From contig JAQUOV010000005.1 in NCBI GenBank assembly GCA_028716965.1, positions 7,009 to 71,008 of the forward strand: DNA of 64,000 bases, read 5' to 3'. The notes below the pieces were generated by a model. It was not told the DNA's origin. It was given only the letters and a program-made list of their open reading frames with translations, and ran no database searches. Source of the stretch: Candidatus Omnitrophota bacterium. GTDB lineage: Bacteria; Omnitrophota; Gorgyraeia; Gygaellales; Profunditerraquicolaceae. This document shows positions 1 to 9,532 of this stretch, piece after piece. A program made the translations under genes and the position numbers. Position 1 is the stretch's first letter, and the number at the start of each line of letters is the position of its first letter.

Positions 1-1115
1 AAGCAAAATCCACCGCTACTACCCTGGATGTGGTGGAAGGCATGCAGTTTGACCAGGGGTATTTATCCCCCTATTTTGTAACTGATGCCGAGAGGATGGA
101 GGTACTTTTAGAGGATCCTTACATTCTTATCTATGAGAAGAAAATATCTTCAATCAAAGATATCCTTCCTCTGTTAGAGAAGATTGCCCGCGTAGGCAAG
201 CCTCTTTTGATTATTGCCGAGGAGGTTGACGGAGAAGCTCTGGCAACCCTGGTAGTCAATAAGATCCGCGGGACATTTGTTGCCTGCGCTGTAAAAGCTC
301 CGGGCTATGGCGACAGACGCAAAGCCATGCTTGAAGACATTGCTATCCTTACCGGAGGCAAGGCTTTAACCGAAGACCTGGGGATCAAATTAGAGAATGT
401 TGATATTGAAGACCTGGGACGGGCAAAGAAAGTAAAAATTGACAAAGAAAATTCCACTATTGTCGAAGGCGCGGGAAAAAACCAGGCAATTAACGCCAGG
501 ATCTCCCAGCTTAAGAAACAGATTGAAGACACTGATTCGGATTATGATAAAGAGAAACTGCAGGAACGCCTGGCTAAATTAGCCGGCGGTGTTGCCGTAA
601 TTAACGTAGGCGCAGCTACAGAATCCGAAATGAAGGAAAAGAAAGCGCGCGTTGAAGATGCATTGCATGCCACCCGCGCAGCTACCCAGGAAGGTATTGT
701 CCCGGGAGGCGGAGTTGCATTAATCCGCACCATTGCTGCTTTAGATAAACTAAAGCTGGATGGCGACGAAAAAATTGGAGCTAATATCGTAAAACGCGCG
801 ATCGAGGAACCTTTAAGGCAGATAGTCCAGAATGCGGGGCTTGAAGGCTCGGTAGTCGTGCAAAAGATCAAACTGGAAAAAACCAATATCGGTTATGACG
901 TAAGCCAGGATTCTTATGTGGATATGCTTGAAGCCGGGGTAATTGATCCTACGAAAGTGACCCGCTCTGCATTGCAAAATGCTGCCAGTATTGCCGCGCT
1001 GTTACTTACAACTGAAACCCTGATCGCGGATAAACCCGAAAAAGACGAGAAGATGCCGCCAATGCCCGGTGGTGGAATGGGTGGTATGGGCGGCATGGGT
1101 GGAGGAATGTATTAA
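1..1115 (+). CDS. groL: Chaperonin GroEL (60 kDa), C-terminal ~360 aa; 5' end lies upstream of window
   Basis: Conserved GroEL equatorial/apical sequence ([32 protein letters not shown]). C-terminal GGM repeats ([12 protein letters not shown]). Reading frame is open to position 1. Confidence 0.9.
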   Translation, partial: AKSTATTLDVVEGMQFDQGYLSPYFVTDAERMEVLLEDPYILIYEKKISSIKDILPLLEKIARVGKPLLIIAEEVDGEALATLVVNKIRGTFVACAVKAPGYGDRRKAMLEDIAILTGGKALTEDLGIKLENVDIEDLGRAKKVKIDKENSTIVEGAGKNQAINARISQLKKQIEDTDSDYDKEKLQERLAKLAGGVAVINVGAATESEMKEKKARVEDALHATRAATQEGIVPGGGVALIRTIAALDKLKLDGDEKIGANIVKRAIEEPLRQIVQNAGLEGSVVVQKIKLEKTNIGYDVSQDSYVDMLEAGVIDPTKVTRSALQNAASIAALLLTTETLIADKPEKDEKMPPMPGGGMGGMGGMGGGMY

Positions 1116-1140
1116 ACCTCTAGATAGGTTATAACAGTAA

Positions 1141-1177
1141 AAAACGGCTGATCTTGTAAAAGGTCAGCCGTTTTTTA
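1141..1177 (+). terminator. Rho-independent terminator after groEL
   Basis: Stem AAAACGGCTGA / TCAGCCGTTTT with ~12-nt loop, followed by T-run. Confidence 0.6.
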
Positions 1178-1308
1178 TTAGAAGATTATCCCCGCAGTTA
1201 AACACTTCGCAAATTCATTTTGAATTTACCCGCAACTGCAGGGATTAATTCGGCCAACAACTTACGTTCACCATCGTTCCGTAAGTTATGGCCTCATTAA
1301 AATAAATA

Positions 1309-1337
1309 TTGACAAACCATCTGACCAGGTGTAAAAT
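1309..1337 (+). promoter_or_regulatory. Sigma-70-type promoter TTGACA-17-TAAAAT upstream of guaB3-like gene
   Basis: Exact TTGACA at 1309-1314 and TAAAAT at 1332-1337 with 17-nt spacer. Confidence 0.5.
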
Positions 1338-1427
1338 TTTATATCCTTTTCAGATTTATTCCCTAAAGAAGGCCAAACTATCGTAACCTATTATAAAACA
1401 ATAAGTTAATTCAAGGAGATTTGTAAA

Positions 1428-2588
1428 ATGGCGGAATGGATAGGTATAGGAAGGCGCGCAAGAAGGTGTTATGGTTTTGACGAGATCGCCTTAGTCCCGG
1501 GCGCGCAGACTGTAAACCCAAATGAAGTAGACACCAGTTTTGAATTTATGGGCAAAAAGTTTAAGATACCTATCTTTGCAGCGGCAATGGATGGAGTAGT
1601 CGATGTCAAATTTGCCATAGAGATGTCGCGTTTAGGAGGATTAGCGGTCTTAAACCTGGATGGGATTCAAACCCGTTATGAAAATCCTGATGAAGTACTG
1701 GAAGATATCTCAAGGGCCACACCTCAAAAAGCTACCGAACTTATTCAAACAGTTTATACTACTCCCATAAAAGAGAAGCTGGTCACCAAAAGAGTTGCCG
1801 AAATCAAGAAAGCCAAGGCAATGGCAATAGTAAGCTGTATCCCGGCTAACGCGGAAAGGTTCTCAAAATTAGCTATTGCCGCCGGAGCAGATATTTTTGT
1901 AATCCAATCCACGGTTACCACCATTAAACACCTTTCTACGGAATACAAAACTCTTGACCTGGTAAAGTTCTGCAAAAACTTAAAGATCCCGGTTATCCTC
2001 GGTAACTGTGTGACTTATGAAACAACCCTAGAGCTTATGGATACGGGAACAAAAGGGTTGCTTATCGGGGTAGGTCCGGGGGCGGCATGCACTACACGCG
2101 GGGTATTAGGTATCGGCGTGCCTCAAGTCACTTCAACTGTTGATGCCGCAAGCGCGCGGGATTTCTATTTTAAGCGTACCGGAAAATATGTTTCCATTAT
2201 CACCGATGGCGGGATGAACCGAGGCGGAGACATCTGTAAAGCCTTTGCCTGCGGAGCGGATGCGGTGATGATCGGTTCAAGCTTTGCCCGGGCAAAAGAA
2301 GCCCCCGGCAGGGGATTTCATTGGGGAATGGCTACTTCCCATGTCAACCTGCCGCGTGGTACACGCATACAAGTAGGCACCACAGGCACCCTCAAAGATA
2401 TTTTGCTGGGGCCGGCAAAGGTAGATGACGGCTCACAAAATCTTTTAGGGGCCTTGAAAACCTCTATGGGTTCCTTGGGCGCATCTTCCCTAAGAGAGAT
2501 GCAGGATGTAGAAATCATTATCGCTCCTTCAATCCAGACGGAAGGAAAAATCTTTCAGGTAGGCCAAAAAGTAGGCATGGGCAAATAA
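1428..2588 (+). CDS. IMP dehydrogenase-family protein lacking the CBS/Bateman subdomain (GuaB3-like)
   Basis: 386 aa. IMPDH/GMP-reductase TIM-barrel motifs with catalytic Cys loop (GVGPGAACTTRGVLGIGVPQ). N-terminus resembles the GuaB3-type paralogs (GIGRRARRCYGFDEIALVP). Immediately upstream of guaA. Confidence 0.7.
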   Translation: MAEWIGIGRRARRCYGFDEIALVPGAQTVNPNEVDTSFEFMGKKFKIPIFAAAMDGVVDVKFAIEMSRLGGLAVLNLDGIQTRYENPDEVLEDISRATPQKATELIQTVYTTPIKEKLVTKRVAEIKKAKAMAIVSCIPANAERFSKLAIAAGADIFVIQSTVTTIKHLSTEYKTLDLVKFCKNLKIPVILGNCVTYETTLELMDTGTKGLLIGVGPGAACTTRGVLGIGVPQVTSTVDAASARDFYFKRTGKYVSIITDGGMNRGGDICKAFACGADAVMIGSSFARAKEAPGRGFHWGMATSHVNLPRGTRIQVGTTGTLKDILLGPAKVDDGSQNLLGALKTSMGSLGASSLREMQDVEIIIAPSIQTEGKIFQVGQKVGMGK

Positions 2589-2674
2589 ACAGTATGCCTG
2601 CCTGACGTTAACAAGATAGCATAAAAAATGCAGAACTTAGGGCAAAATAGAGGAAAACTTAAGGAGTACTGTAA

Positions 2675-4216
2675 ATGACAAGACAGACGATATTAATCCT
2701 GGATTTTGGTTCGCAATATACACAGTTAATCGCCCGCCGGGTAAGGGAGAACAAGGTTTTCTCAAAAATAATCCCTTATAATACCCCGGCTAAGGAGATC
2801 GCCGCCCTGAACCCCAAAGGCCTGATTTTGTCCGGAGGGCCTGCCTCTGTAGTGGATAAGAAATCCCCCTATCCTGATAGGAAAATTTTCAAATTAGGCA
2901 TACCTGTTCTTGGTGTCTGTTATGGGATGCAGGTTATCTGCGAGATGCTCGGGGGCAAGGTGAAACATACCCGCGAGCGTGAATACGGAAAGACTGAATT
3001 ATTTATTGACGACAACCGTGACCTTTTCAGCCATATGCCTGGAAACTTCACCTGTTGGGCAAGCCATGGAGATTACGTAACCAAGGTGCCCGCCGGTTTC
3101 CATACGATCGCGCATACCGCCAACACTCCGATTGCCGCCATATCCAACCAGAAAAAGAAGATATATGCCGTACAGTTCCATCCGGAAGTAACCCATACCG
3201 AAAAAGGCAACCAGATCTTAAGTAATTTCTTATTCAAGGTATGCGGCGCTTTAAGTAGATGGACCATGCAATCATTCATCAAGGAGTCTATTGAAAACAT
3301 CAAGAAGGTTATCGGAAAAGACAAGGTAGTATTAGGCCTAAGCGGCGGGGTGGATTCCTCCGTGGCCGCCTTATTAATCCATAAATCCATCAGCAAAAAC
3401 TTACGCTGTATTTTCATTGATAACGGTTTACTGAGAAAAGGAGAGCCGGAACAGGTAAAAAGCGTTTTCAAGGATATGTACCACTTGAATTTAAGTTATG
3501 TTGACAGGAGCAAAAGGTTTCTTGAACGCCTAAAAGGGGTAATCGACCCGGAGGAAAAAAGAAAAATAATCGGCGATGAATTCGTGAAAGTATTTGAAGA
3601 AGAGGCAAAGAAAATGAAAGGGGCCAAATTCCTGGGGCAGGGCACGCTTTATCCCGATGTGATCGAATCGGTTTCACCTTCAGGCGGACCAAGCAGGAAG
3701 ATAAAAAGCCATCATAATGTCGGCGGGCTGCCGGCGCAAATGCACCTTAAGTTGATTGAACCGTTAAGGGAATTATTTAAGGATGAGGCGCGCGAAATCG
3801 GAAGGCAGATGGGGCTGCCCGAAAATATCATACATCGCCAGCCATTTCCCGGCCCGGGGCTGGCAGTTAGAATTATAGGAGAAATCACCCCGGAGCGCCT
3901 GGAGCTATTGCGCGAAGCGGATAAGCGCGTAATCGAAGAGATATCCAGGGCGGGGCTATATGAACAAATCTGGCAATCGTTTGCCATCTTGCTACCTATA
4001 AAAAGCGTAGGTATCATGGGAGATGAACGCACATACGAAAACGTCGCGGCCATCCGCTGCGTCTCTAGCTTTGACGGTATGACCGCTGACTGGGTAAAAC
4101 TGCCTTACGAAGTAATGGAAAAGATATCCAACCGTATCATTAATGAAGTCAGGGGCATCAACCGGGTAGTTTACGATATCAGCTCCAAGCCTCCAGCGAC
4201 AATAGAGTGGGAATAG
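2675..4216 (+). CDS. guaA: GMP synthase (glutamine-hydrolysing)
   Basis: N-terminal class-I glutamine amidotransferase domain (ILILDFGSQYTQLIARRVRE, GVCYGMQ). ATP-PPase P-loop SGGVDSSV. C-terminal dimerisation domain ending IEWE. Confidence 0.95.
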   Translation: MTRQTILILDFGSQYTQLIARRVRENKVFSKIIPYNTPAKEIAALNPKGLILSGGPASVVDKKSPYPDRKIFKLGIPVLGVCYGMQVICEMLGGKVKHTREREYGKTELFIDDNRDLFSHMPGNFTCWASHGDYVTKVPAGFHTIAHTANTPIAAISNQKKKIYAVQFHPEVTHTEKGNQILSNFLFKVCGALSRWTMQSFIKESIENIKKVIGKDKVVLGLSGGVDSSVAALLIHKSISKNLRCIFIDNGLLRKGEPEQVKSVFKDMYHLNLSYVDRSKRFLERLKGVIDPEEKRKIIGDEFVKVFEEEAKKMKGAKFLGQGTLYPDVIESVSPSGGPSRKIKSHHNVGGLPAQMHLKLIEPLRELFKDEAREIGRQMGLPENIIHRQPFPGPGLAVRIIGEITPERLELLREADKRVIEEISRAGLYEQIWQSFAILLPIKSVGIMGDERTYENVAAIRCVSSFDGMTADWVKLPYEVMEKISNRIINEVRGINRVVYDISSKPPATIEWE

Positions 4217-4356
4217 CTTATTTAAAAACACTAAACTCTAAACAAGCCCAAAAACTGCAGAAATGTTAAATTTGAAACAAGCCGGCCTTGGCTATTAGGA
4301 CTTCTGGCCTTGGATGCTTTTTGGTTTAAATTTTAGGATTTAGAGTTTAAACTATT

Positions 4357-7300
4357 ATGCCTCATTCCGAGTTCGTCCATCTCCACCTGCATACTCAATA
4401 CAGCCTTCTTGACGGCGCCTGCCGTATCTCTGAAATACTGGCCATCGCTAAAAATTACAAAATGGATTCCCTGGCCATAACCGACCATGGCAATATGTTC
4501 GGGGCGATCGATTTTTACCTGGAGGCTCAAAAAGCCGGCATCAAACCTATTATCGGATGCGAAGTTTATGTCGCTCCGAAAAGCAGGCTGGATAAGAGCG
4601 GAGGCGGCATTGAAGATGCAGCTAACCATTTAATCCTGCTTGCGCGCGACGAATCCGGATATCAAAACCTGATTAAGCTGGTCTCCATCGGTTATTTGGA
4701 AGGGTTCTATTACCGGCCACGCATTGATAAAGAGGTCCTTTCCCAGCATGCCCAGGGATTAATCGGCTTATCCGCCTGCTTAAAAGGAGAGGTTGCCTGC
4801 CTTATTCAACAGAAACGTTTTAATGACGCTCTAAAAGCTGCGGACTCCTACCAGAATATATTCGGAAACGGGAACTTTTACCTGGAGCTGCAGGCGAATT
4901 CTATCCCCGAACAAAAGGTTGTAAACGACGCCTTGATTAAAATCTCCAAAGAATTATCCATCCCGCTGGTTGCTACCAACGACGTGCATTATCCTACTAA
5001 AGACAAGGCCCAGGCCCATGAGGCTTTATTATGCATCCAGACTCAGAGTACCCTTGATGACCCCAAACATATGCGTTTTCAGACGGAAGAATTCTATTTT
5101 CGTTCTCCTGAAGAAATGAAAGAATCATTCAGTCATTGCCCGGAGGCGATAAAGAATACGATAGAGATTGCTAAGCGCTGTAACCTGGAGCTGGACTTCA
5201 CGCAGATGCACCTGCCTAAATATACCCCGCCGGAGGGCAAAAACAAGGAAACCTTCCTGCTTGATTTATGCGAAAAGGGAGTGGAAGAGAAAGGACTTAA
5301 AGACGACCCCGAAGTACAGAAATCGCTCCAGCATGAACTAACAATTATCAAACATATGGGCTTTATCAGCTACTTCCTGATTGTCTGGGATTTCATCGCC
5401 TACGCTAAAAGCCAGGGGATACCGGTAGGTCCGGGAAGAGGCTCAGCCGCCGGAAGCCTGGTAAGTTATCTTCTGGGTATTACCGACCTTAACCCTTTAA
5501 AATACGGCTTACTCTTTGAAAGGTTCCTGAATCCCGAACGCATGGGCCTGCCGGATATAGATATTGATTTTTGCTACGAACGCAGGCAGGAAGTTATAGA
5601 TTATGTGACCAAAAAATACGGCAGAGAGAATGTCGCTCAAATCATCACCTTTGGTACGATGCAGGCGCGCGCGGTAATCAGGGATGTCGGCCGGGTTATG
5701 GGGATTGCTTACGCGGATGTTGACCGGATTGCCAAAATGATCCCGGCCGAACTTGATATGACCCTTAAAAAAGCACTGGAAAGCGAACCAGAGCTTAACA
5801 ACCTTTATAGGAATGACCCGCAAATAACTAAATTGATCAATACCGCTTTATCGCTGGAAGGGCTGAACCGGCACGCCTCTGTGCACGCCGCAGGCGTAAT
5901 CATCGCGGATAAACCGTTAAACAACTACATGCCGATATTCAAAACTGCCGATGACCAGGTTACTACCGGCTACAGCATGGGGACATTGGAAAAAATCGGC
6001 CTGCTTAAAGTAGATTTTCTCGGCCTAAAAACGCTTACGGTAATTGACGAAACACTGAAACTGGTAAAGAAAACCCGCAACATAGAGATTAACATCGAGA
6101 AGGTGCCGCTTGATGATAAGAATACATATAAACTGCTTGCTTCCAGCCACACTATCGGGGTGTTCCAGGTAGAAAGTTCGGGGATGCGTGACCTGTTAAA
6201 AAAACTTATCCCTGAACGTTTTGAAGACCTGATCGCCCTTTTGGCGCTCTACCGGCCGGGACCGATTGGTTCAGGAATGCTGGATGATTTTATGAAACGC
6301 AAACACGGATTAATCCCTATTAAATATGAACACCCGAAATTAGAGCCCATACTTAAAGAAACTTACGGGATCATGGTCTATCAGGAACAGATCATGCAGA
6401 TTGCGTCTACCCTGGCGGGGTTCACGCTTGCCCAGGCGGATATACTGCGCAAGGCCATGGGCAAAAAGATACCCGAAGTAATGGAGAAACAACGGAGCAA
6501 TTTTATCCGCGGATGCATTAAAAACGGGATAAAAGAAATGACCGCAACCAAGATCTTTGATTTAATAGAGTATTTTTCCGGATACGGCTTTAATAAGTCA
6601 CATTCAACCGCTTATGCCTTGATTTCTTACCGCACCGCCTATTTAAAAGCCAATTACCCCGTAGAATTCATGACGGCGCTTCTTACTTCAGAACGGGATA
6701 ACACCGACAAAATCGTAACCTACGTGAATGAAACCCAGCATATGGGGTTAAAAGTAAAACCTCCGGATATAAATGAAAGCGATGTACTTTTTAAGGTTGA
6801 AGATGAATCAACCATCCGTTTCGGGTTATTGGCGATAAAAAATGTCGGCAGGGGCGCTGCTGAATCCATTGTAAAAGCCAGGGAGGCGGGGAAGTTTAAA
6901 TCTTTGGAGGACCTCTGCGCCCGGATAGATTTAAGGTTGGCAAACCGCAAAGTCCTGGAAAGCCTGATTAAATGCGGCGCACTGGATTATTTTGGCGCCT
7001 CAAGGGCCAAAATGTTCGCCAGCCTTGATACAATACTGGAAAGGGCGCAGAGGATACAGAAAGAAAAATCCAGCGGGCAACTTTCTTTTTTTGACCAATC
7101 CCTAAACAACGGTTGTTTCGGAAAATCCCCGTTACTGGTCACCGATTGCAAGGAATGGCCTGAACCACAGCTGCTTTCTTTTGAAAAAGACATGCTGGGA
7201 TTCTATGTAAGCGGACATCCTTTAGCGCGATATGCCAAGCAGCTCAAACGCTTTGCCTCCTGCTCCACGGCCAGCCTGCATGAACATAAGGACCAGGATA

Positions 7301-7812
7301 CCATAAAAATCGTCGGCTTGATCGCAAAAATCAAACAAACCCTCACGCGTGCCAAACAGGAAAAAATGGCGATATTAAAACTGGAGGACTTAGACGGTGC
7401 GATAGAGGTGCTGGTCTTTCCCCGTGCCTTTGCTAAAGTGGGCCGGTACATTATGCCTAATACAATAGCGCATATACGCGGTACGTTAAATTTAACGGAA
7501 GATACCCCCAAAATAATCGCGGAAGACCTTTTTCCTTTTGAAGAGATCTACAAACTGATCACCGCTATGAGCATAAACCTTTCAGGGATCAAGGAGAATA
7601 TATTTGAATCTTTAAAAACCTTGCTTTCGGAACATAAAGGAAACGTGCCTATTTATTTACGCCTGGATACCTGCTTGTCGGACAGGCAGGTTCCAGCAAA
7701 ATCACGCGTACAAATGGTGGTAGGCGAGAACCTTTATGTTTTACCTTCAGAAAAATTAATCCAGGACCTTGATGAGCTGTTAGGGGAAGACCGGTTTTCC
7801 CTGGTTTTATAA
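4357..7812 (+). CDS. dnaE: DNA polymerase III alpha subunit
   Basis: 1151 aa. N-terminal PHP domain (FVHLHLHTQYSLLDGA). Polymerase core motifs (GPGRGSAAGSLVSY, PDIDIDF). OB-fold region. Typical length. Confidence 0.95.
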   Translation: MPHSEFVHLHLHTQYSLLDGACRISEILAIAKNYKMDSLAITDHGNMFGAIDFYLEAQKAGIKPIIGCEVYVAPKSRLDKSGGGIEDAANHLILLARDESGYQNLIKLVSIGYLEGFYYRPRIDKEVLSQHAQGLIGLSACLKGEVACLIQQKRFNDALKAADSYQNIFGNGNFYLELQANSIPEQKVVNDALIKISKELSIPLVATNDVHYPTKDKAQAHEALLCIQTQSTLDDPKHMRFQTEEFYFRSPEEMKESFSHCPEAIKNTIEIAKRCNLELDFTQMHLPKYTPPEGKNKETFLLDLCEKGVEEKGLKDDPEVQKSLQHELTIIKHMGFISYFLIVWDFIAYAKSQGIPVGPGRGSAAGSLVSYLLGITDLNPLKYGLLFERFLNPERMGLPDIDIDFCYERRQEVIDYVTKKYGRENVAQIITFGTMQARAVIRDVGRVMGIAYADVDRIAKMIPAELDMTLKKALESEPELNNLYRNDPQITKLINTALSLEGLNRHASVHAAGVIIADKPLNNYMPIFKTADDQVTTGYSMGTLEKIGLLKVDFLGLKTLTVIDETLKLVKKTRNIEINIEKVPLDDKNTYKLLASSHTIGVFQVESSGMRDLLKKLIPERFEDLIALLALYRPGPIGSGMLDDFMKRKHGLIPIKYEHPKLEPILKETYGIMVYQEQIMQIASTLAGFTLAQADILRKAMGKKIPEVMEKQRSNFIRGCIKNGIKEMTATKIFDLIEYFSGYGFNKSHSTAYALISYRTAYLKANYPVEFMTALLTSERDNTDKIVTYVNETQHMGLKVKPPDINESDVLFKVEDESTIRFGLLAIKNVGRGAAESIVKAREAGKFKSLEDLCARIDLRLANRKVLESLIKCGALDYFGASRAKMFASLDTILERAQRIQKEKSSGQLSFFDQSLNNGCFGKSPLLVTDCKEWPEPQLLSFEKDMLGFYVSGHPLARYAKQLKRFASCSTASLHEHKDQDTIKIVGLIAKIKQTLTRAKQEKMAILKLEDLDGAIEVLVFPRAFAKVGRYIMPNTIAHIRGTLNLTEDTPKIIAEDLFPFEEIYKLITAMSINLSGIKENIFESLKTLLSEHKGNVPIYLRLDTCLSDRQVPAKSRVQMVVGENLYVLPSEKLIQDLDELLGEDRFSLVL

Positions 7813-7843
7813 TTAAATTGCCTAAGCCAGGCGCTATTAATAC

Positions 7844-7872
7844 TTGACACTGTAACTTTTTGCTGTTATTAT
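7844..7872 (+). promoter_or_regulatory. Sigma-70-type promoter TTGACA-17-TATTAT upstream of HU gene
   Basis: TTGACA at 7844-7849, 17-nt spacer, TATTAT at 7867-7872. About 110-nt leader before the ATG. Confidence 0.5.
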
Positions 7873-7984
7873 GTTTAGCAATACACTCCGCGCCTACAAA
7901 GGATTGCGCGGGTGGATCTTTTTGGGCTAATACCCGGCCTTAAAGGAACGGCCGTGCACCCTTTGCGGGTAAGGAGGATAAAAG

Positions 7985-8257
7985 ATGACCAAGAAAGATA
8001 TAGTTTTAAAGGTATCAGACGAAACAAACTTAAAACAAATAGATGTTAAAAAAGTAGTGCAAAGGACATTTGATTGCATTGTCGAGGCATTGATTAGAGG
8101 CGAAAGGATTGAATTACGCAATTTTGGCGTCTTTAAGATAAAACAGAGAAAAAGTCGTACAGGCAGAAATCCGCGCACCAATCAGGTTATCCCTGTCCCG
8201 CCCAGAAAGGTAGTGATCTTTAAAGCTGGCTTGGAAATGAAACAGAAAATAAAATAA
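7985..8257 (+). CDS. hup: HU/IHF-family nucleoid-associated DNA-binding protein
   Basis: 90 aa. Conserved arm motif (ELRNFGVFKIKQRKSRTGRNPRTNQVIPVPPRKVVIFKAG). Good RBS AAGGAGGA. Confidence 0.8.
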   Translation: MTKKDIVLKVSDETNLKQIDVKKVVQRTFDCIVEALIRGERIELRNFGVFKIKQRKSRTGRNPRTNQVIPVPPRKVVIFKAGLEMKQKIK

Positions 8258-8293
8258 ACCCGTAAAACCTTTTTAAAAACCTAAAAATAACTC

Positions 8294-9532
8294 ATGTTCA
8301 AAAGGATCCCCGGCACCAAAGATATCCTGCCTGATGAAGCAGGACGTTGGCAAACAATTGAAGCGACGGCTCGCCAGATATTGGCGCTTTATAATTACCG
8401 CGAGATGCGCACCCCCCTGATTGAAGAAGCATCGCTTTTTAACCGCACACTCGGAACTGCCACTGAAATAGTACAAAAACAGATGTTCCTTATCCATAAC
8501 CAGCAGGACCTCTATTCATTGCGGCCGGAGGGTACCGCATCAATTGCGCGCAGCTACCTGGAAAATAACCTGGATAAAACATGCGGATTCATAAAATTAT
8601 ATTATATCGGCCCGATGTTCCGGCTTGAACGCCCCCAAAAAGGCAGGCTGCGCCAATTCCACCATATTGGCTGCGAGGCAATCGGCTCTCAGGAAGCAAC
8701 CCTTGATATAGAAACAATCGGTTTGGCCGTACATCTGCTCAAGAGTTTTTCTATCGCAGACTACAAAATTAAGATCAATAGCCTGGGGTGCCCTAAAGAT
8801 AAGCAAACGTTAAGCCTAAACCTAAAACACGGGCTTCAGAAAGAAAAACAAAAACTCTGCGCCGACTGCCAGGTAAGGATGGAAAATAACGTATTAAGGA
8901 TACTGGACTGTAAAAACGATTCCTGCAAGGAAATAATTAAGGCCCTTGCTCTTAAAGATACACACCTTTGCCCGGATTGCCTAAGCCACTTTAAGGAAGT
9001 AAAAAACGGCTTAAACAGCCTCGCTATTTCTTTTGAAGTAGAACCACAGCTGGTACGCGGGCTGGACTATTATAACCGCACGGTATTTGAATTTACGCAT
9101 TCTAATTTAGGCAGCCAGGACGCTATCGGGGCCGGGGGCCGCTACAATAACCTGATCAAGGAACTGGGTGGGCCGGATACAGGAGGAATAGGGTTTGCTT
9201 TCGGCATAGAAAGGCTGCTTTTGGCTTCTAAATCACCGGCTGAAAAACAGATAAACAACCTGGTATATCTCATTACTCTCGGCGATGAAGCAAGGAAGGC
9301 CGGTATAAAAATATTGCACCAGCTGCGCTCCTCAAATATACCCGGCGACACGGACTATCTTGGCAGTTCATTAAAATCGGCAATGCGCGCTGCCAATGAC
9401 GCAGGCGCCAGATACGTTTTAATTTTAGGGGAAGATGAATTAAAAAAAGGCACTATCTCGCTTAAAGATATGTCAAACAGCAGCCAAAAAGAGATAAAGA
9501 TCCAAGATTTAACCGGGGAATTAAAATGTTAA
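8294..9532 (+). CDS. hisS: Histidine--tRNA ligase
   Basis: 412 aa class-II aaRS. HisRS motifs (KDILPDEAGRWQ, LRPEGTA, GGRYNNL) and C-terminal anticodon-binding domain. Confidence 0.9.
   Translation: MFKRIPGTKDILPDEAGRWQTIEATARQILALYNYREMRTPLIEEASLFNRTLGTATEIVQKQMFLIHNQQDLYSLRPEGTASIARSYLENNLDKTCGFIKLYYIGPMFRLERPQKGRLRQFHHIGCEAIGSQEATLDIETIGLAVHLLKSFSIADYKIKINSLGCPKDKQTLSLNLKHGLQKEKQKLCADCQVRMENNVLRILDCKNDSCKEIIKALALKDTHLCPDCLSHFKEVKNGLNSLAISFEVEPQLVRGLDYYNRTVFEFTHSNLGSQDAIGAGGRYNNLIKELGGPDTGGIGFAFGIERLLLASKSPAEKQINNLVYLITLGDEARKAGIKILHQLRSSNIPGDTDYLGSSLKSAMRAANDAGARYVLILGEDELKKGTISLKDMSNSSQKEIKIQDLTGELKC

Noticed and set aside
1030-1115. GGM repeat at the GroEL C-terminus as a repeat feature
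   Set aside because: Well-known normal feature of GroEL tails.
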